A stretch of DNA of 64,000 nt from the human T2T-CHM13v2.0 reference genome, Homo sapiens. The notes below the pieces were generated by a model. That model saw nothing but the letters and a program-made list of their open reading frames with translations, was not told where the DNA came from and did no database searches. The translations under genes and the position numbers were made by a program. How positions within the stretch are numbered: the first letter of the stretch is position 1; every line of letters begins with the position of its first letter. This document shows positions 51,151-63,435 of this stretch, piece by piece. The stretch is taken from the NCBI RefSeq assembly GCF_009914755.1, contig NC_060937.1. One strand, written 5' to 3'.

Positions 51151-51979
51151 GTATCTTAAACGAAAAGAGATGGGTTTCTTTTCTACAGGGCCTCCTGTCA
51201 TTTCCAATATGCTGATTTACACTGTGGGTCTCTGCATGGGTGACATCACCCACAACTTTCCCCAGATCTTTGGACCTGGAATCTGTTTATCACAGAGCGG
51301 TTCATGGAACTGACATCTTGTGAAACACATTTTGAGGAACTCGGTATCAGAGCCACTGTGGAGTTGTACACATGATTGACTTAATTTTTTTTTCTTCTCT
51401 TACGTCCAGGCTGCCTTCCAGCAACTTCGAGAACAGAGTTGGGCATTCCAAGCCTGGGAGACCCTGTCTCAGAACATCTAGGCTCCCAGGTTGGTCCTCA
51501 TTGGAACATGAGGGGACGTGGTTACATCTGCAATTGAAAGACCTCATCTAGGGGGTAAATGTGAAAGGAAAGGTCCAGGAAGGACCAGGGCAGAGGGCTC
51601 CCCTACAATTCTCTGATGTTCATTCCTTCAAACATCCTTAGCCATGCAGACACACTTGCAAGTAGAGAGTTTGCAAAGCCATTAATAGAAACAAAAGTAG
51701 TAAGTAAGATCTGATGTGACTCAACATGCTGTTCGCATAAGAGAAACTAATCTCCAGGCAGAACGGCCTGTAACTGATGCCTGTGTTCTGTCATTGAAAG
51801 CCTCTTGGCATTGCTTTGTTGCATTCTGGAATATACAATTGCAAGCACTGAAGTTAAAGAAGCAAAAAATATTAAACAATTCCATAACTACAACAATAGA
51901 TACATAATATTATACATCCTAGATTCATGTCAGTTCTCAAAATAGTCTTAACAGTCCTCATTTCTGTACACACTTCACC

Positions 51980-52140
51980 AATGACTCACTTTTACACTCT
52001 GACAAGTCACATGACTTCCTTGCACTGTATTTTCTGCATTTACAGATGGGATAAAAAACAACTTTAATGCTGTTGCATGTTCAAGGAACCTAATCACAAA
52101 GTGCTGTGAATTCCTTGTATAAATGGTGCTGTGCAGAAAC
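51980..52140 (+). mobile_element. MIR fragment
   Basis: actcact..gacaagtcacatgacttc..gatgggataa. Confidence 0.5.
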
Positions 52141-52299
52141 AAGCCAGTTTAAAACAAAAACTAAACCAAAAGAAGCATTAGTCAAGTCAAGAGTCCCCCT
52201 AAAATTCAGAGATTACTGCAACTTATTGCATTAAAGCTTGGGCAACATGTCCTCAGAGAGAACATGCTACCTGTTTAGGGGTCATTTGGCATAGGCAGG

Positions 52300-52480
52300 A
52301 AGGTATGGATTTAAGGTTTAAATATTGGATCTGCAACTGATGGTTGCACAAGAATATGTGACTTTGGGCAATTCACACTTACGTAATGGAGATAAAGACA
52401 GTTACCTTGCAGGATATTTGTAAGAAATACACAGAAACATGCAGAATACTTAGAACATAGCAGATGCCCAAGAAATACAT
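52300..52480 (+). mobile_element. MIR fragment
   Basis: tgtgactttgggcaattcac..aatggagataa..cttagaaca. Confidence 0.5.
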
Positions 52481-53049
52481 CCTTTGTATTTTCTGCATCC
52501 TATTTGCAGGTTAATCCTGCTCCACTCCCTTGCCCCATTAACTCAAGACTTTATATTGATGGAGAAGTCAGCAGAGCAGCCAAGGTCATCAGAAGTTGCC
52601 CATTGCCCATTGGTCTTTACCCTCTGCATGGTTCATTCATTCATTTAACAAGTATTTCTTCAGCTTCTACCACATGCCAGGCACTAGAGCTGATCCCCTG
52701 CAGCTTTTCAGCATTACCAATATCCACTGCTAACCAGATCCGCTTGACCCCTCCAGTTCTCCTTTCTTCACTGGTTCCAGTGAAGAAACCCTGAACCTCC
52801 CCCAGTCTACCTTGGACAGTTGTGCAAACTGGGCATTACCCAACTCATGGAGCAGCATCCACATCACAGTTCTTCCTTCTTGCTCATCCTCCCTGCCTAC
52901 ATGAACCTAGGGAATCTTTCTGAGGTTATGCTAAGCAAAGTTAATACAGTAAAATCCAAGAATTAGATTGAAGACCAAGTGAGAGGAGTAAAGGCTTCTT
53001 CCCCTCATTCAGGACAGCATCTGGCTAGGAAGTCATGGGCCTTGTTAAC

Positions 53050-53245
53050 ATTATTAATCACTATAATGCCAACACGATTGTATTTTTATTTGATTCTCAA
53101 GGGAATCTTGTAGAAAAATGTTATCTCCTTTTTACCAATGAAGAAACAAGATCCAGAGGAATTAAACCATTTGACTGTGGTCACAAAGCCAGTGGGTACC
53201 TGGACTAAGACCAAAATTCAGTTCTCCGGATCCCCAGGCCTGTTT
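53050..53245 (-). mobile_element. MIR fragment
   Basis: tttgattctcaa..ttttaccaatgaagaaac..ggtcacaaagccagtgg. Confidence 0.6.
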
Positions 53246-53266
53246 CCTCATGGGCTGGTGGCCCAG

Positions 53267-53477
53267 CCGTGCTGTCCAATAGAATTATCTGTGTGATGGA
53301 ATGTCCCAGATCTGCACCAGCTAATGCAGTAGCCACCCAGCTCAATGTGCCTATTGAGTACTTGAAATGTGGCTAGTGTAACTGAGGACCAACATTTTTT
53401 TAAATTTTATGTAATTTTAATGAATTTAAATTTAAATAGCCTCATGTGACTAGTGGCTACTATATTGGGCAATGCAG
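53267..53477. mobile_element. MER3 (hAT-Charlie) DNA transposon
   Basis: gtgctgtccaatagaa..cttgaaatgtggctagtgtaactgagga..aatttaaatttaaatagc..tagtggctactatattgg. Confidence 0.9.
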
Positions 53478-55334
53478 ATAGGACCTTAATGCTAAACCTA
53501 AGCTACACAGAGAAGGCTTCTGGGCCAGTCACTCCTGCATTTCTGCAGTTGCCTTCCCCCAGAGCCAACCCTTCTCCATCCCAAGCCCCAGGCCCACGTG
53601 CAGCCATTTGTAAATAATCACTGAGTTCCCCCAGAAAACTTGAAGAGGGAACTAACTCTAGATAGGGTCAGAGCTCATGGGCTGCCCATAGGGTCTGTTG
53701 AGGGCTAGGACCAAAAGGGCCAGCCCACCCTGAGATCACTCCCACCTCCTATGGGGCCTCAGTTTTCCCTATCAGCCCCAGTACCTCCAGGTCATAGCTT
53801 GGAAGGCAATGGCAAATTTGTCACCATGAAGCCATTATGAAGCTCAGAACTTAATTATCTGATCAGCCACCTCCCTGGGTCCTGAGGGAGCAGACCCTAG
53901 GAGTGAGAGACAGTCTTTGAGAGAGAAAGAAAAAGAAACATGACATTGCCTAAAACAGAAGCGCAGATGAGAGGCCCCCAGTGGAGGCCAGCCCAAAGTC
54001 TTATTTTATTTAGCCAATACTAACTGTGGGGAAAAAAATGTTTAAATTCACTGGATCTCCAAAATTTAAACACAGTGAAAATCTCATATAAACTCATTTC
54101 CCCACTCCTGGAACCTTGGGCTATCTAGTAATGCCCAGTTCCATTCACATCAACAGTATTCCTCTGGCAGAGCAGTAGCAGCTCCTCCTTTGAGATGGTG
54201 AGGAGCTATCTATTTCCGCACAGCCCCCACCACTGGTCCCCTGTAACACCCCTCTTTACTCACTCATCTGACCTGACTGGCATCTGCAGGCATTTGGGGC
54301 TGTCATCCTAGCATAGGGGGGCAGACTTGGGCAAGGTGTCTCTGTGAGGGGCCGGGATAACAGCACAGAGCTACCTGTGAGTCTGGAGGCCCAGGACATG
54401 CTGTTGGGGAGACGGTAGAGAAAGGGGGTGCTGAAATGGAGTGAGGGATGGAGGGAGAGAGCTGAAACACACTAAAATGTGACGGGACCACCTCCATACT
54501 CCACCTCCTACCTTACTTGCATTGATTACTGCCAGATGTTTCTTGGAACATCTTGATCTCCAGCCCCCAAACCCTTTTCTTCTACTTTCTTCCAGTACTT
54601 AGAACAATGCCAACCACACAGAAAGAACTCAAGAAATGTGAGTTGTTCACAATAAAATGCACTCGATTCAGAATGCCTCCATCAGACTCCCCCGGCTATT
54701 GCTTCAACTTGTCACTCTCCCCGCTGAACGCTTCTGTATTCTCCCTCCTTCTTAAGCTCACACTGAATCTCTGCTGTCATGTCCCACTGAGATAGGTTTT
54801 TTAATTCCAGGCCTTCACCCAAGTGGCTGGCTGACCCAGCCAAATGCTGGCACAACATGGGATGCAATTTGCTCGCTATTCTCAGCATGGTCCTGGAAGC
54901 TGAGTCAAAATTATTATCCAAGCCATAGCCTGGCATATGGCTTTAACACTTTTTCTTTCCTTCCTTTTGTCATTCAGTCTGTTCACTTGAGATTTTCTCC
55001 ATGCCAGTGAGGCAGAGAGGAGGGAAATGGGGAAGGTCCCTAGACCATAAGGTCCTCGAAAAAAAGAACTGCATTTTCTTCTTTTGTAGTCCTCGGATCT
55101 AGCAGGGTCCGTGGCACAGAGGACGGGTTCTCATGTAGATCCAAGTGTGACTAGAAGAAACAATTTGATTAACAGAGGCAAGCAGGAGAGAAAGGACCAC
55201 TAGACTAAGGATGGGTCCAGGACACAGTTCCAAAGCACAGCTGTGTATTTTCCTACCTGTGTTAGCTAATTCACTAATCTGAGCTTCTCTTTTCTGATCT
55301 ATGAAAAATAATTAATAATATAAATGCTGTTATT

Positions 55335-55615
55335 GATTGGTACAATCTTTAGGCAGTCAGACAACACTTGGCTCCAAAAAAGCATAAAAATTTTAAGAAC
55401 AATGACTCAGTGATCTCAATCCTAGAAACTCATTTTAAGGAAGCAATTCAGCAGAAACAAACCCATTCTGTGCATGAAGACGTTTATTCAGAATACTATT
55501 CAATAGCAAAATACCTAACATTACCTAACTATCCACAATAAGGAAATAATTAGTCACAAATAATATTTAAACACGATGGGCTATGTTTCAACAATCAAAA
55601 TGAATGCTTCTGAAG
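55335..55615 (+). mobile_element. Old L1ME-like fragment
   Basis: tgactcagtgatctcaatcctag..gaagacgtttatt..aatagcaaaa..acctaactatccacaata. Confidence 0.6.
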
Positions 55616-55725
55616 ACTAAACACAGAATCTATCATCTTCAGTGCTGCCAGAGTGTTCCTTTAAGAACCAAATCTGTTCCTGTTGCTACCCTTATCAAAG
55701 TTATTCTATGGTTAAAAATTTAGTA

Positions 55726-56023
55726 GGCAGAGCATGGTGGCTCATGCCTGTAATCCTAGCATTTTAGGAGGTTAAGGTGGGAGCTTTGTTTGAGGACAAA
55801 ACTTCAAGACCAGCCTGGGCAACACAGCAAGACCCTGTCTCTATAAAAAACAAGATCAATTAAATTAGCCAGGTATGGTGGTGCTCACCTGCAGTCCTAG
55901 CTATTTAGGAGGCTGAGGTAGGAGGATTGCTTGAGCCCAGGAGTTTGAGGCTGCAGTGAGCTATGATTGTGCCACTGCAATCCAGCCTAGGTGATAGAGC
56001 AACACTATGTCTCAAAAAAAAAA
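55726..56023 (+). mobile_element. AluJ, full length
   Basis: ggaggattgcttgagcccaggagtttgaggctgcagtgagctatgat; degenerate TSD aaaaa(t/g)ttag. Confidence 0.95.
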
Positions 56024-56308
56024 GTTAGAAGTGGGATTTCTGGGTCATATGGTGAGTATATGAATATATATAGGAAACTGCCAAACTGTTTTCCAAAGTG
56101 GGTGTACTATTTTGTTTTCCCAGTAGCAGTATATGATAGCCCAAGTTCCTCCCCGCCCTTACCAGCATTTGTTATGGTCTGTCTTTGTAATTTTAGCCAT
56201 GCTAATAGGAATGTACTAGTCTCCCATTGTAGTTTCAATTTGCATTTCTTGATGACTAATGATGTTGGACATCTTTTCATGTGCTTATTGGATATTTGTA
56301 TAGTTATT
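56024..56308 (-). mobile_element. Old L1M, inverted 5' segment
   Basis: ctgggtcatatggt..aaactgccaaactgttttccaaagtgg..tgatgactaatgatgttg..catcttttcatgtgcttattgg. Confidence 0.88.
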
Positions 56309-56836
56309 TACTCAAGATAAATAATAACTCATGGCAAAAAGATTTCACATCCACATACCAAAAATAATTTGTACATGAATGATCAGAGTAACTTTAGAAT
56401 AGTCCAAAACTGGAACCTCCAATAGCCATCAATAGATGAATGGATAAACCAGTTGTGATATACAACAGAATACTACTCAGCAATAAAAAGGAATGAACCT
56501 CTGACACAGCCAACAGTATGGATGGATTTCCAAAACATTATACTGAGTAAAAGCAGCCAGATATAAAAGAGAACATACTGTATGATTCTATTGATATGAA
56601 ACTCTAGCATAAGCAGAAATAATCTATTGTGACTGGAAGCAGGTAAGTGGTTGTCTGGATTTGGGAGTTAGGCAAAGTGTTACCCAGAAAGGGGCTCAAG
56701 AAATTTTGGAGGAGATAAGAATGTTCTATTTACCACACAGGTAAATGTGTCCATCAAAACTCATCAAGCTGCACACTTAAAATAAGTGCATTTTATTGCA
56801 TGTAAAAATAACTCAATGAAGTTGATTTAAAACAAA
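56309..56836 (+). mobile_element. Old L1M (L1MB8/L1ME1-like) 3' end
   Basis: gatgaatggataaac..aatactactcagcaataaaaaggaatgaa..catactgtatgattc..tcaaaactcatcaa. Confidence 0.88.
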
Positions 56837-59212
56837 TATTCAATTGTTTCTCACTACTTTAGAAAAAAGTTTTAAAAAGTTAGTATGATATACAACGTCT
56901 TCAATGATATGACCCCTTCTATCTCTCTGACTTTTTCTTTCTAGGCCTCCGCCTGGTTTGCTCCAGTCATACTCTAATGCCTACTCCCTCCGCATCATCA
57001 CACTTTCTCGTGTCTCTATATCTTTATAAATGCAATTCCCACTTCCTGGAATCTGAACCCTACCCCCTGCCTCCTTGTAATTTGACTCACTCCTACTCAT
57101 CCTTCAAGGTCAACTCAAGACTGCCTGGACTTTTCTCCAAGGCTGGATCCAGCACCTCTCTTGTGTGTCCTCAGACCATCCTGTATAGCTCTCTAGTCTG
57201 ATGTTTTCACACTCTGGTACCAAAGTTAATATTCTTTCTTAGGCTCTGAGCATCTTGAAACCAAGGTCTGTCTATGTTCTTAATTCCTAGCACAAAGTTT
57301 GGTACATGTTGCTTAGTATGTGTAGAATGGATAGATGAATGACTGAATGAATCAACTAATGCCCTGTCTACTCAGAAGGATATAATGAGAATCAAGTGAC
57401 ATAAGGGTGTGACTCCCTGCACTCTATTATTTGGGTGTTTGATTTGGCCCCATAATATGGTGGTGTGGCCAAGACTATGCCCTCTGAACCTCCACCTCCA
57501 TCCCTGGGTACAGCCAGTAAACAGAACTTTGCAAATTCCTATCTTGGAATCACAATGACAAACGCTCCAAGATGGCAGGAGCCTCTGAGCACCTTGAGAG
57601 GCAATCAAGAGAAGCCTGTCTCAGCAGACTCACCTCACTGCCAGGTGGTGGCTGCACACTCTCTGTGGGGTATCGCACCTCAAACCACAGCTCTGCAATC
57701 CTACAATATCTTTCACCATCCCACATAGTATTTGTTAATTGAATCCTGTAATTTAATTGCATTCGCATTTCTAAGCACACTTGTTTTCATAGAACGTATA
57801 CTCTTTAGCACCTGAAGATTCTGACAAGTAAATGTCATCCATGCCTGTCCAGGTAGATACGAGGTAGCGTTGCCCTCACTCCCAGACACTCCCCTGTCCA
57901 TTACTTAACCACGTGGAGTTGGAGTAGCCGTTTTCTATGATTATGATCCATTTTCTTCACCCTTGTTGGAGCTTTCATAAGAATCAGCAGGAACTCTGCA
58001 AACCCTCCTCCCTGTCACTACCTCACCACTTCACCAACATGTCCCCAGCCTCCAGTTCCATCCCATCAATGCCATTTCTGGCACATATGCCCACTGGATC
58101 CACCCAGTGACAACCACCTGCATGCCATTTTCTTGAATGAAAGGAATGAAGGCATTTTCTACTCTATCATCATTCCTTGACCTTCACCTGTTTTGGTTTT
58201 TAAAGTGTTTTCTCTTCTGCATTAGCCGGAGTTCATTAGAGAGCCGTCCAGCCTCCATACCTGGAGTTGGTCACTGATGGCCTTTTTTACTGTCTGCCAC
58301 TGAAGGTTAGTCTGGTCAAATGATCTTCAGTGAAGAGCATTCAACAAGTCAGTGCTCAAAAGCAAGGGGGTGAATCTTTGGAGGAGAGACTGGGGAAGAC
58401 CGATGAGAGGGGAGAATTAATGGTTAAATCTACAGTAGGGTTTCAAATTCTTTTTTCAAGTTTAGGGGAAGGATTCCTCTGTTAATTCATTTATTCATTC
58501 TTACAATCTGGTTAGACCTATGGCCTCCCAGAAAACAGCTAAATTAGCCTCTTCTCTAATGTAGGCCCAGGGCTCTGGCTCTATCGGGGATTCCAAAGTC
58601 CCTCAACACCACCCCTGAGCTTACCCTGGAGAGTAATGTTTTCCGGGCATTCACATCAACCGAGAGCTTAAATATGGTTCTTCTGGGAGAGGGCCAGGAG
58701 ACGGGATGGCCATTATCAGCAATCTGCTCTCTGCGGAGTCTGAGCCATGTGAACAAACAACCTCACACACTACGAGTGGGGAGAGAAGCGATTGGAATGT
58801 TCACTCCTATTTTCCTAAAATATCCAGTGAACCATGAACCTAAACTCTACACCTGAGGCAAACCGGGAGTTGCTATTTTAACACAGCACAGCTTAGAAAA
58901 CAATCCACACATGTTCTGTGACTTGGGCCAGCCCCAGAGAGATTCCTGGCAGCATTGCATGGGTGACTAATATTCACAGCCTCTCTGAGGGTGAAGGGTA
59001 TGCTATTCACCTGTCTGCCACCACTCACTTCAATATGCTTTGCCATGTGGGATCTGAGAGGAGTCTTTTTCTGGGAGTTTTAAATATCTTTTCAATGGGG
59101 CTTTTAAGATACTTATAAGTACTGTTTTCTGATCTAGGATCGCTCCACCTAGTCTATTGGCATATCTCTTATACAGGAGGACAAGAGAGTGATGAAAAAT
59201 GAGACAGGAAAT

Positions 59213-59730
59213 GCACCCATTTATTTCGCAAACATCTGCGTTGGGCCATTGGGGAATACCAAGATGACTCAGCCACAGTTGAAGGAGGGCAGATATGAAA
59301 ACAAATCATTAAAATAATGTAGTCAAATGCTAAATAAGGTTTGTACCAAAGGCTGTGGGAACACAAAGAAGGGATCATTAATTTTGTCAGAGGCAGTCAA
59401 GGAAGACTTTGTAGAGAGTGACCTCTGAGTTGTACTTTAACAGCTGTGTTGGAAAGTTCAGGTGAGAGAGGAAAGGAACGGTGTTCAAGACAGAGGGAAC
59501 AGCAGCCGCAAAGATGTGGAAGCTTGAAGACCCCTGAAAACTTTGCTGAGTTTGGGCCACAGGTTACACGGGAGCAAATGGGGCAGGTATGAGGCTGACA
59601 CCGTGGGTTGGGGTGAGATATGAAGGCATGTGGTCAGGTTAAAGGGTCCAGACTTAATTCATTGGGCAATTGAGAAAAAACAGAGGACTTGGAGCATAGG
59701 TGTGAAACATCAGATTTTAGAAAGACATGT
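59213..59730 (-). mobile_element. L2 fragment
   Basis: tgtgggaacacaaagaaggg..gtcaaggaagactt..gacagagggaacagc..gattttagaaaga. Confidence 0.75.
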
Positions 59731-59799
59731 CAGTAGACAATCACTGTATTTCAGGCTTTAGTGATTCCTCACTTGGTCCATGATACAAGCCTCCATGTC

Positions 59800-59990
59800 A
59801 CACTTTGCTTGCTGCTTTGTATATCTGCTCAGCTGAGGCATTTTTACATAACCGTATGTTAAAAGGGTCATTATTCCCACTGTACAGTTGGCGAAAGAGA
59901 ATCTCAGGGAGCTTAAAAAGAATACCCTTTGGCAAAGCCAAGATTCACACCGAAGTCTGTTGGATCACCAAGTCTGTGTTTCATTATACT
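59800..59990 (-). mobile_element. MIR fragment
   Basis: tgctttgtatat..attattcccactgtacag..gattcacacc..agtctg. Confidence 0.5.
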
Positions 59991-60024
59991 GAATTAGAAG
60001 ATAATAACAACGAGAAAGAAAAAA

Positions 60025-60203
60025 ATGGTGATTGGCAGCCCTGGCTGCACATTAGTTTCTCCTTGGGAGCTTTTTTAAATCATGATGTCCAGGCTGCACC
60101 CTAGACTGATTAAACCAGAATACGTAGGAGTGGAACCCAGACATCAGGATTTGCTTAAAGCTCCTCAGGTGACTTTAGTGTGCAGCCAAGTTTGAGAATG
60201 ACT
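60025..60203. mobile_element. MER5A-type hAT MITE
   Basis: ccctggctgcacattag..gggagcttttttaaa..aaagctcctcaggtgact..gtgcagccaagtttgagaa. Confidence 0.85.
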
Positions 60204-60450
60204 AAGAGATGTTTCAAAGGAAGACTTGGTAATAGTTGGCTAGCAAGCGGGAAGACCGAGAGAGAAGGAGGAAAGAGGTGACTTTAAGATTTTTAACTTG
60301 GATGAAGGCAGAAAGGGATGTGAGTGGGGAAATGAGGAGTTTATTCTCACAGTCATTTACTTTGCCATCATAGTGTGACATCCAGGTGGAAATACCCAAT
60401 AGATGCCTTGGCAAAGTGAACCACGGGCTTCAGAGGAGTCAAGGCTATAT
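60204..60450 (-). mobile_element. L2 fragment
   Basis: gacttggtaatagttgg..gtgacatccaggtggaaat..tcagaggagtcaaggct. Confidence 0.65.
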
Positions 60451-60468
60451 CAAGGTCAACACCTCATC

Positions 60469-60889
60469 CAGTGCTGTGCTGGGGGCAGCTCACACCAGCT
60501 CCAGGGAAGCAACTATTAAATATTCTGAAATTTTGCAAGCCAGTTGTTAACACAGCCATTAATAAAAATTAAATCAAAAGAATTAAATAAATTATATTTT
60601 TGAAAATGTAATAAACTCTCAAAACTCATTACTTCTCATTACTACACTTTAGTATTGCCTGTGCTCTTGAAGTTGTTTATGTATACTTTATCTGTGTGGT
60701 GGGAAAGCCATATAATGGTAGCTTACTGTAGGGGATCTTTGCCAACTCTGCAATCACTCATGTTGATAGCTTGAAACTGGCCATGGTAAGGAGCATTTAC
60801 ATCATGAAAACTGGCAAATACTACAAAATAAGGCCCCCGTCATCCCCCACAAAGAGCGAGTTGTTAAAACATTTACCAGCACACCATTG
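60469..60889. mobile_element. MER63B-like hAT-Blackjack element
   Basis: TIRs cagtgctgtgctgg / ccagcacaccattg; internal agttgttaa motifs; cctca on both flanks. Confidence 0.85.
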
Positions 60890-60984
60890 CCTCAAACCAC
60901 ATTAGGGACTATGCAGAGATGCCAGCGTATGAGTATGCATGGGGAACCTCATCAAGATAAAACAAAGACAGTAAGAGACAAGTT

Positions 60985-61047
60985 AAACTTCACAGATGGG
61001 GGTGGCCGGTGGTGTAAGGAAAAAAAAAAAGACTTCACAGATGGGGG
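60985..61047 (+). mobile_element. Orphan micro-retroinsertion (17 nt plus poly(A)) with 18-bp TSD
   Basis: a(a/g)acttcacagatggggg flanks tggccggtggtgtaagg and an A run. Confidence 0.75.
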
Positions 61048-61994
61048 AAAAAAACTGATGCTAGAAACAGTTTTCCCCTTGACTAATATTTCCCAAAACA
61101 CAAGCTTTTTGCAATACTCAGGTCCTTTGGGATTGCTACTATTCCAAATAAACCTGTTTTATTTAGCTCCGTGAATAAGGCCCTTCTAGCCAGAGAAGAT
61201 ATATTTTATATGCACACATAAAAATACTCTGTGTTTATGTAACACTTTCCTTATAAGGAGCTCACAGCAATTCCACATACTCTCTTTATTCCTATGAACA
61301 CCCTGGGGAGGTAGCTAGGTGGTAGAGGAAATAGGAAGGAATGAACAAAAAAAAGAGTTGAATTAGAAATCATGGCATTGCCTTGCCTCAGTACCATAAA
61401 CAAGCATAGGAAAGCCTAACTTCAGGACTATAAAGTGTCTTGCTCAAGAAGTTTCTAGAATTGGACTCCCATCACTGGCATTTTTCCATAGGCATGGCCT
61501 AGAAGCAGGGAAAACCTCCCATTAGCTACCTTTTTTTTGCATTCCCTTGCTATTTTGGCTTTAGCCCCTAACTTGGGCCGGAGCTGGAGTTTGCAGTCCA
61601 AGCCTGTCTGACTCCACAGCCTCTGGGAGGTCACCAAATGGCCAGCGGCAGGAAAGGAGATGGGCCTGCCAAGAAGCAGCAGGGACCTATGTTAGGGCTC
61701 ATTCCCATGTGACTCCAGTGGTCCCTGATGATCATTCCTGGGCTCCTCGCCAGTGACACCACTGTCCCCTCTGCACCTGCTGCATCATCCCCCTGGGGAT
61801 CCAAATGGCCTCTCTGAATGTCCTTGGCAATTCCTCCTGAGGCTCTGGACAATTTCAAATCAGTCCTTTGGAATACAAGTCAGCTTAACTTTAATGCTTG
61901 GTATCCTCCCCATTTACCCAAGATTTGTCTGTGCTGCAGAGCAGAAGGTACACGGCTGCTGATAATGAAAGTTGGGGGAAAGAATTAACTGCGT

Positions 61995-62043
61995 TGTGTG
62001 TGTGTGTGTGTGTACATGTGCATGCATGTGCATATATGTGTGT
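61995..62043. repeat. Imperfect (TG)n repeat
   Basis: TG run decaying into TGCA units. Confidence 0.85.
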
Positions 62044-62372
62044 CAAAAACAGTCAAACAGAAAGGCAAAGTGGCAGAAACAAAGAAACAGAGGCAGAAAA
62101 ACAGAGAGGCCAAGAGTTACAGAGGCTGTGGGAATTCCTGAACCAAGACAATCTCTTGTTCACAGTGGTTTTGTTTCTAAGAATTTCATTGTTTGTTTTT
62201 AACTGCTAGAAGGGTAGACTTTCAAGTGAAAAATACCCTGGGCTCCACCGAAGCCAGCCCTGCACATTTGTGTGGTTGTGTGCCCCCTTAACAACTTCTC
62301 TGAAGACAACCCTCAGGGGGATGCTATCGCAAACAGCATTGCCTTCAGGAGCACTTGTCTCTGGCCAAATAT

Positions 62373-62983
62373 TGATGTAGGATTTTTCTTCTTGGTCACT
62401 TTGCCAGCCCCGGGCCTCACTCAGCCATGCTGGCGTTCCCCAGCTCACCTGGGTTATACCTTGTACCCACATTCGGTGATTCCCAAGCTCTTGTACCACA
62501 CCCAGGAGGAATGAAGATACACTGGACATTGAAGGGTGAGGAGGGCAGAGAATAATTTTATTGAGTGATGAAAACGGCTTTCAGCAGAGAGAGGACACGG
62601 GGTTGTTCCCCCTACCCAAAGGCAGGAACATTCCCCATGTGGCTGGGCTGGTGCCTTTTATGTCCATAGGGTTTTATGGACTCAGAATGGGGAGTGTGTG
62701 CTGATTGGTTTGTGAGTATGCAAAAAAGATTAAAGCAAAGACATCACTCAAAGGTGGGCCCAACAGTATAGAAAACCAATTAGGAAAGAGTAGGTATATG
62801 TAAAATAGGTGAAGTGCGAGGACCAATCAGAGGAAAGCACGCCAAATATAAATTCTCAATCCGGCCCAAGGATTTAACTTGCAACTTGACTTTCAGGCTT
62901 TAAACTCTTCAGCTTGGAGGTGAGGTTTCACCAGGGACCTGCCCCTATCTACCTAGGCATTTGGCTGCCTCCTGTCGCTATCA
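62373..62983 (-). mobile_element. ERV1 solo LTR, LTR27-like
   Basis: Reverse strand tgatagcgacaggaggcagccaaatgcctagg...; TG..CA ends; 4-bp TSD ATAT; CCAAT boxes and AATAAA; family name from memory. Confidence 0.85.
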
Positions 62984-63349
62984 ATATCACGGCATACTCG
63001 GATTGTCAGACCCAGCCAAGCCTGAGGGAGACTCACCCCCACTCGCACCTCCAATCTCAACAAGTCTTCTTAATTGCCACAAAGATGGCCTCAGGTGTCC
63101 TGCTGGTGCCCACCTGGGCTTTCCTCAGCAAGTGGGGGAGTTCTGAGATGCTTCCTAAAGGCCCTCAGACTGAGCTTGAGTGCCTTTGAAGCAGTCAGGG
63201 ATCCACACTAGACAACCAAAACAAACAAGTCAATTAAGTGGAAAGTCACTCCCTTCGGAGGCAGGAGACAGGCTGTAATCTTCCTAATCCCATCTAACTT
63301 CAGTAGATCTGTGCTCCTCTGTGAGATGCCAGGGTGTGAGTAGTCACAG

Positions 63350-63435
63350 TTATTCACTCAACAATCAATTCTGAGCCCCTGCTGAATGGCAAGGACTGCC
63401 CTGGGCACTGAGGACTCAATGGCTATAAAAACAAA
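63350..63435 (-). mobile_element. L2 3' tail
   Basis: attcactcaacaa..ctgagccc..gccctgggcactgagga. Confidence 0.55.

Larger units (their letters stand above)
55645..57360 (+). mobile_element. L2 split by an L1/Alu block (pieces at about 55645-55713 and 56840-57360)
   Basis: gccagagtgttccttt..ccaaatctg; ctcctactcatccttcaagg; tail gaatggatagatgaatgactgaatgaat. Confidence 0.65.

Noticed and set aside
50610-51345. Possible old hAT (MER113-like) element split by the MSTB LTR
   Set aside because: Only a terminal-like gaaacacattttgag motif is recognisable, which is not enough to annotate.
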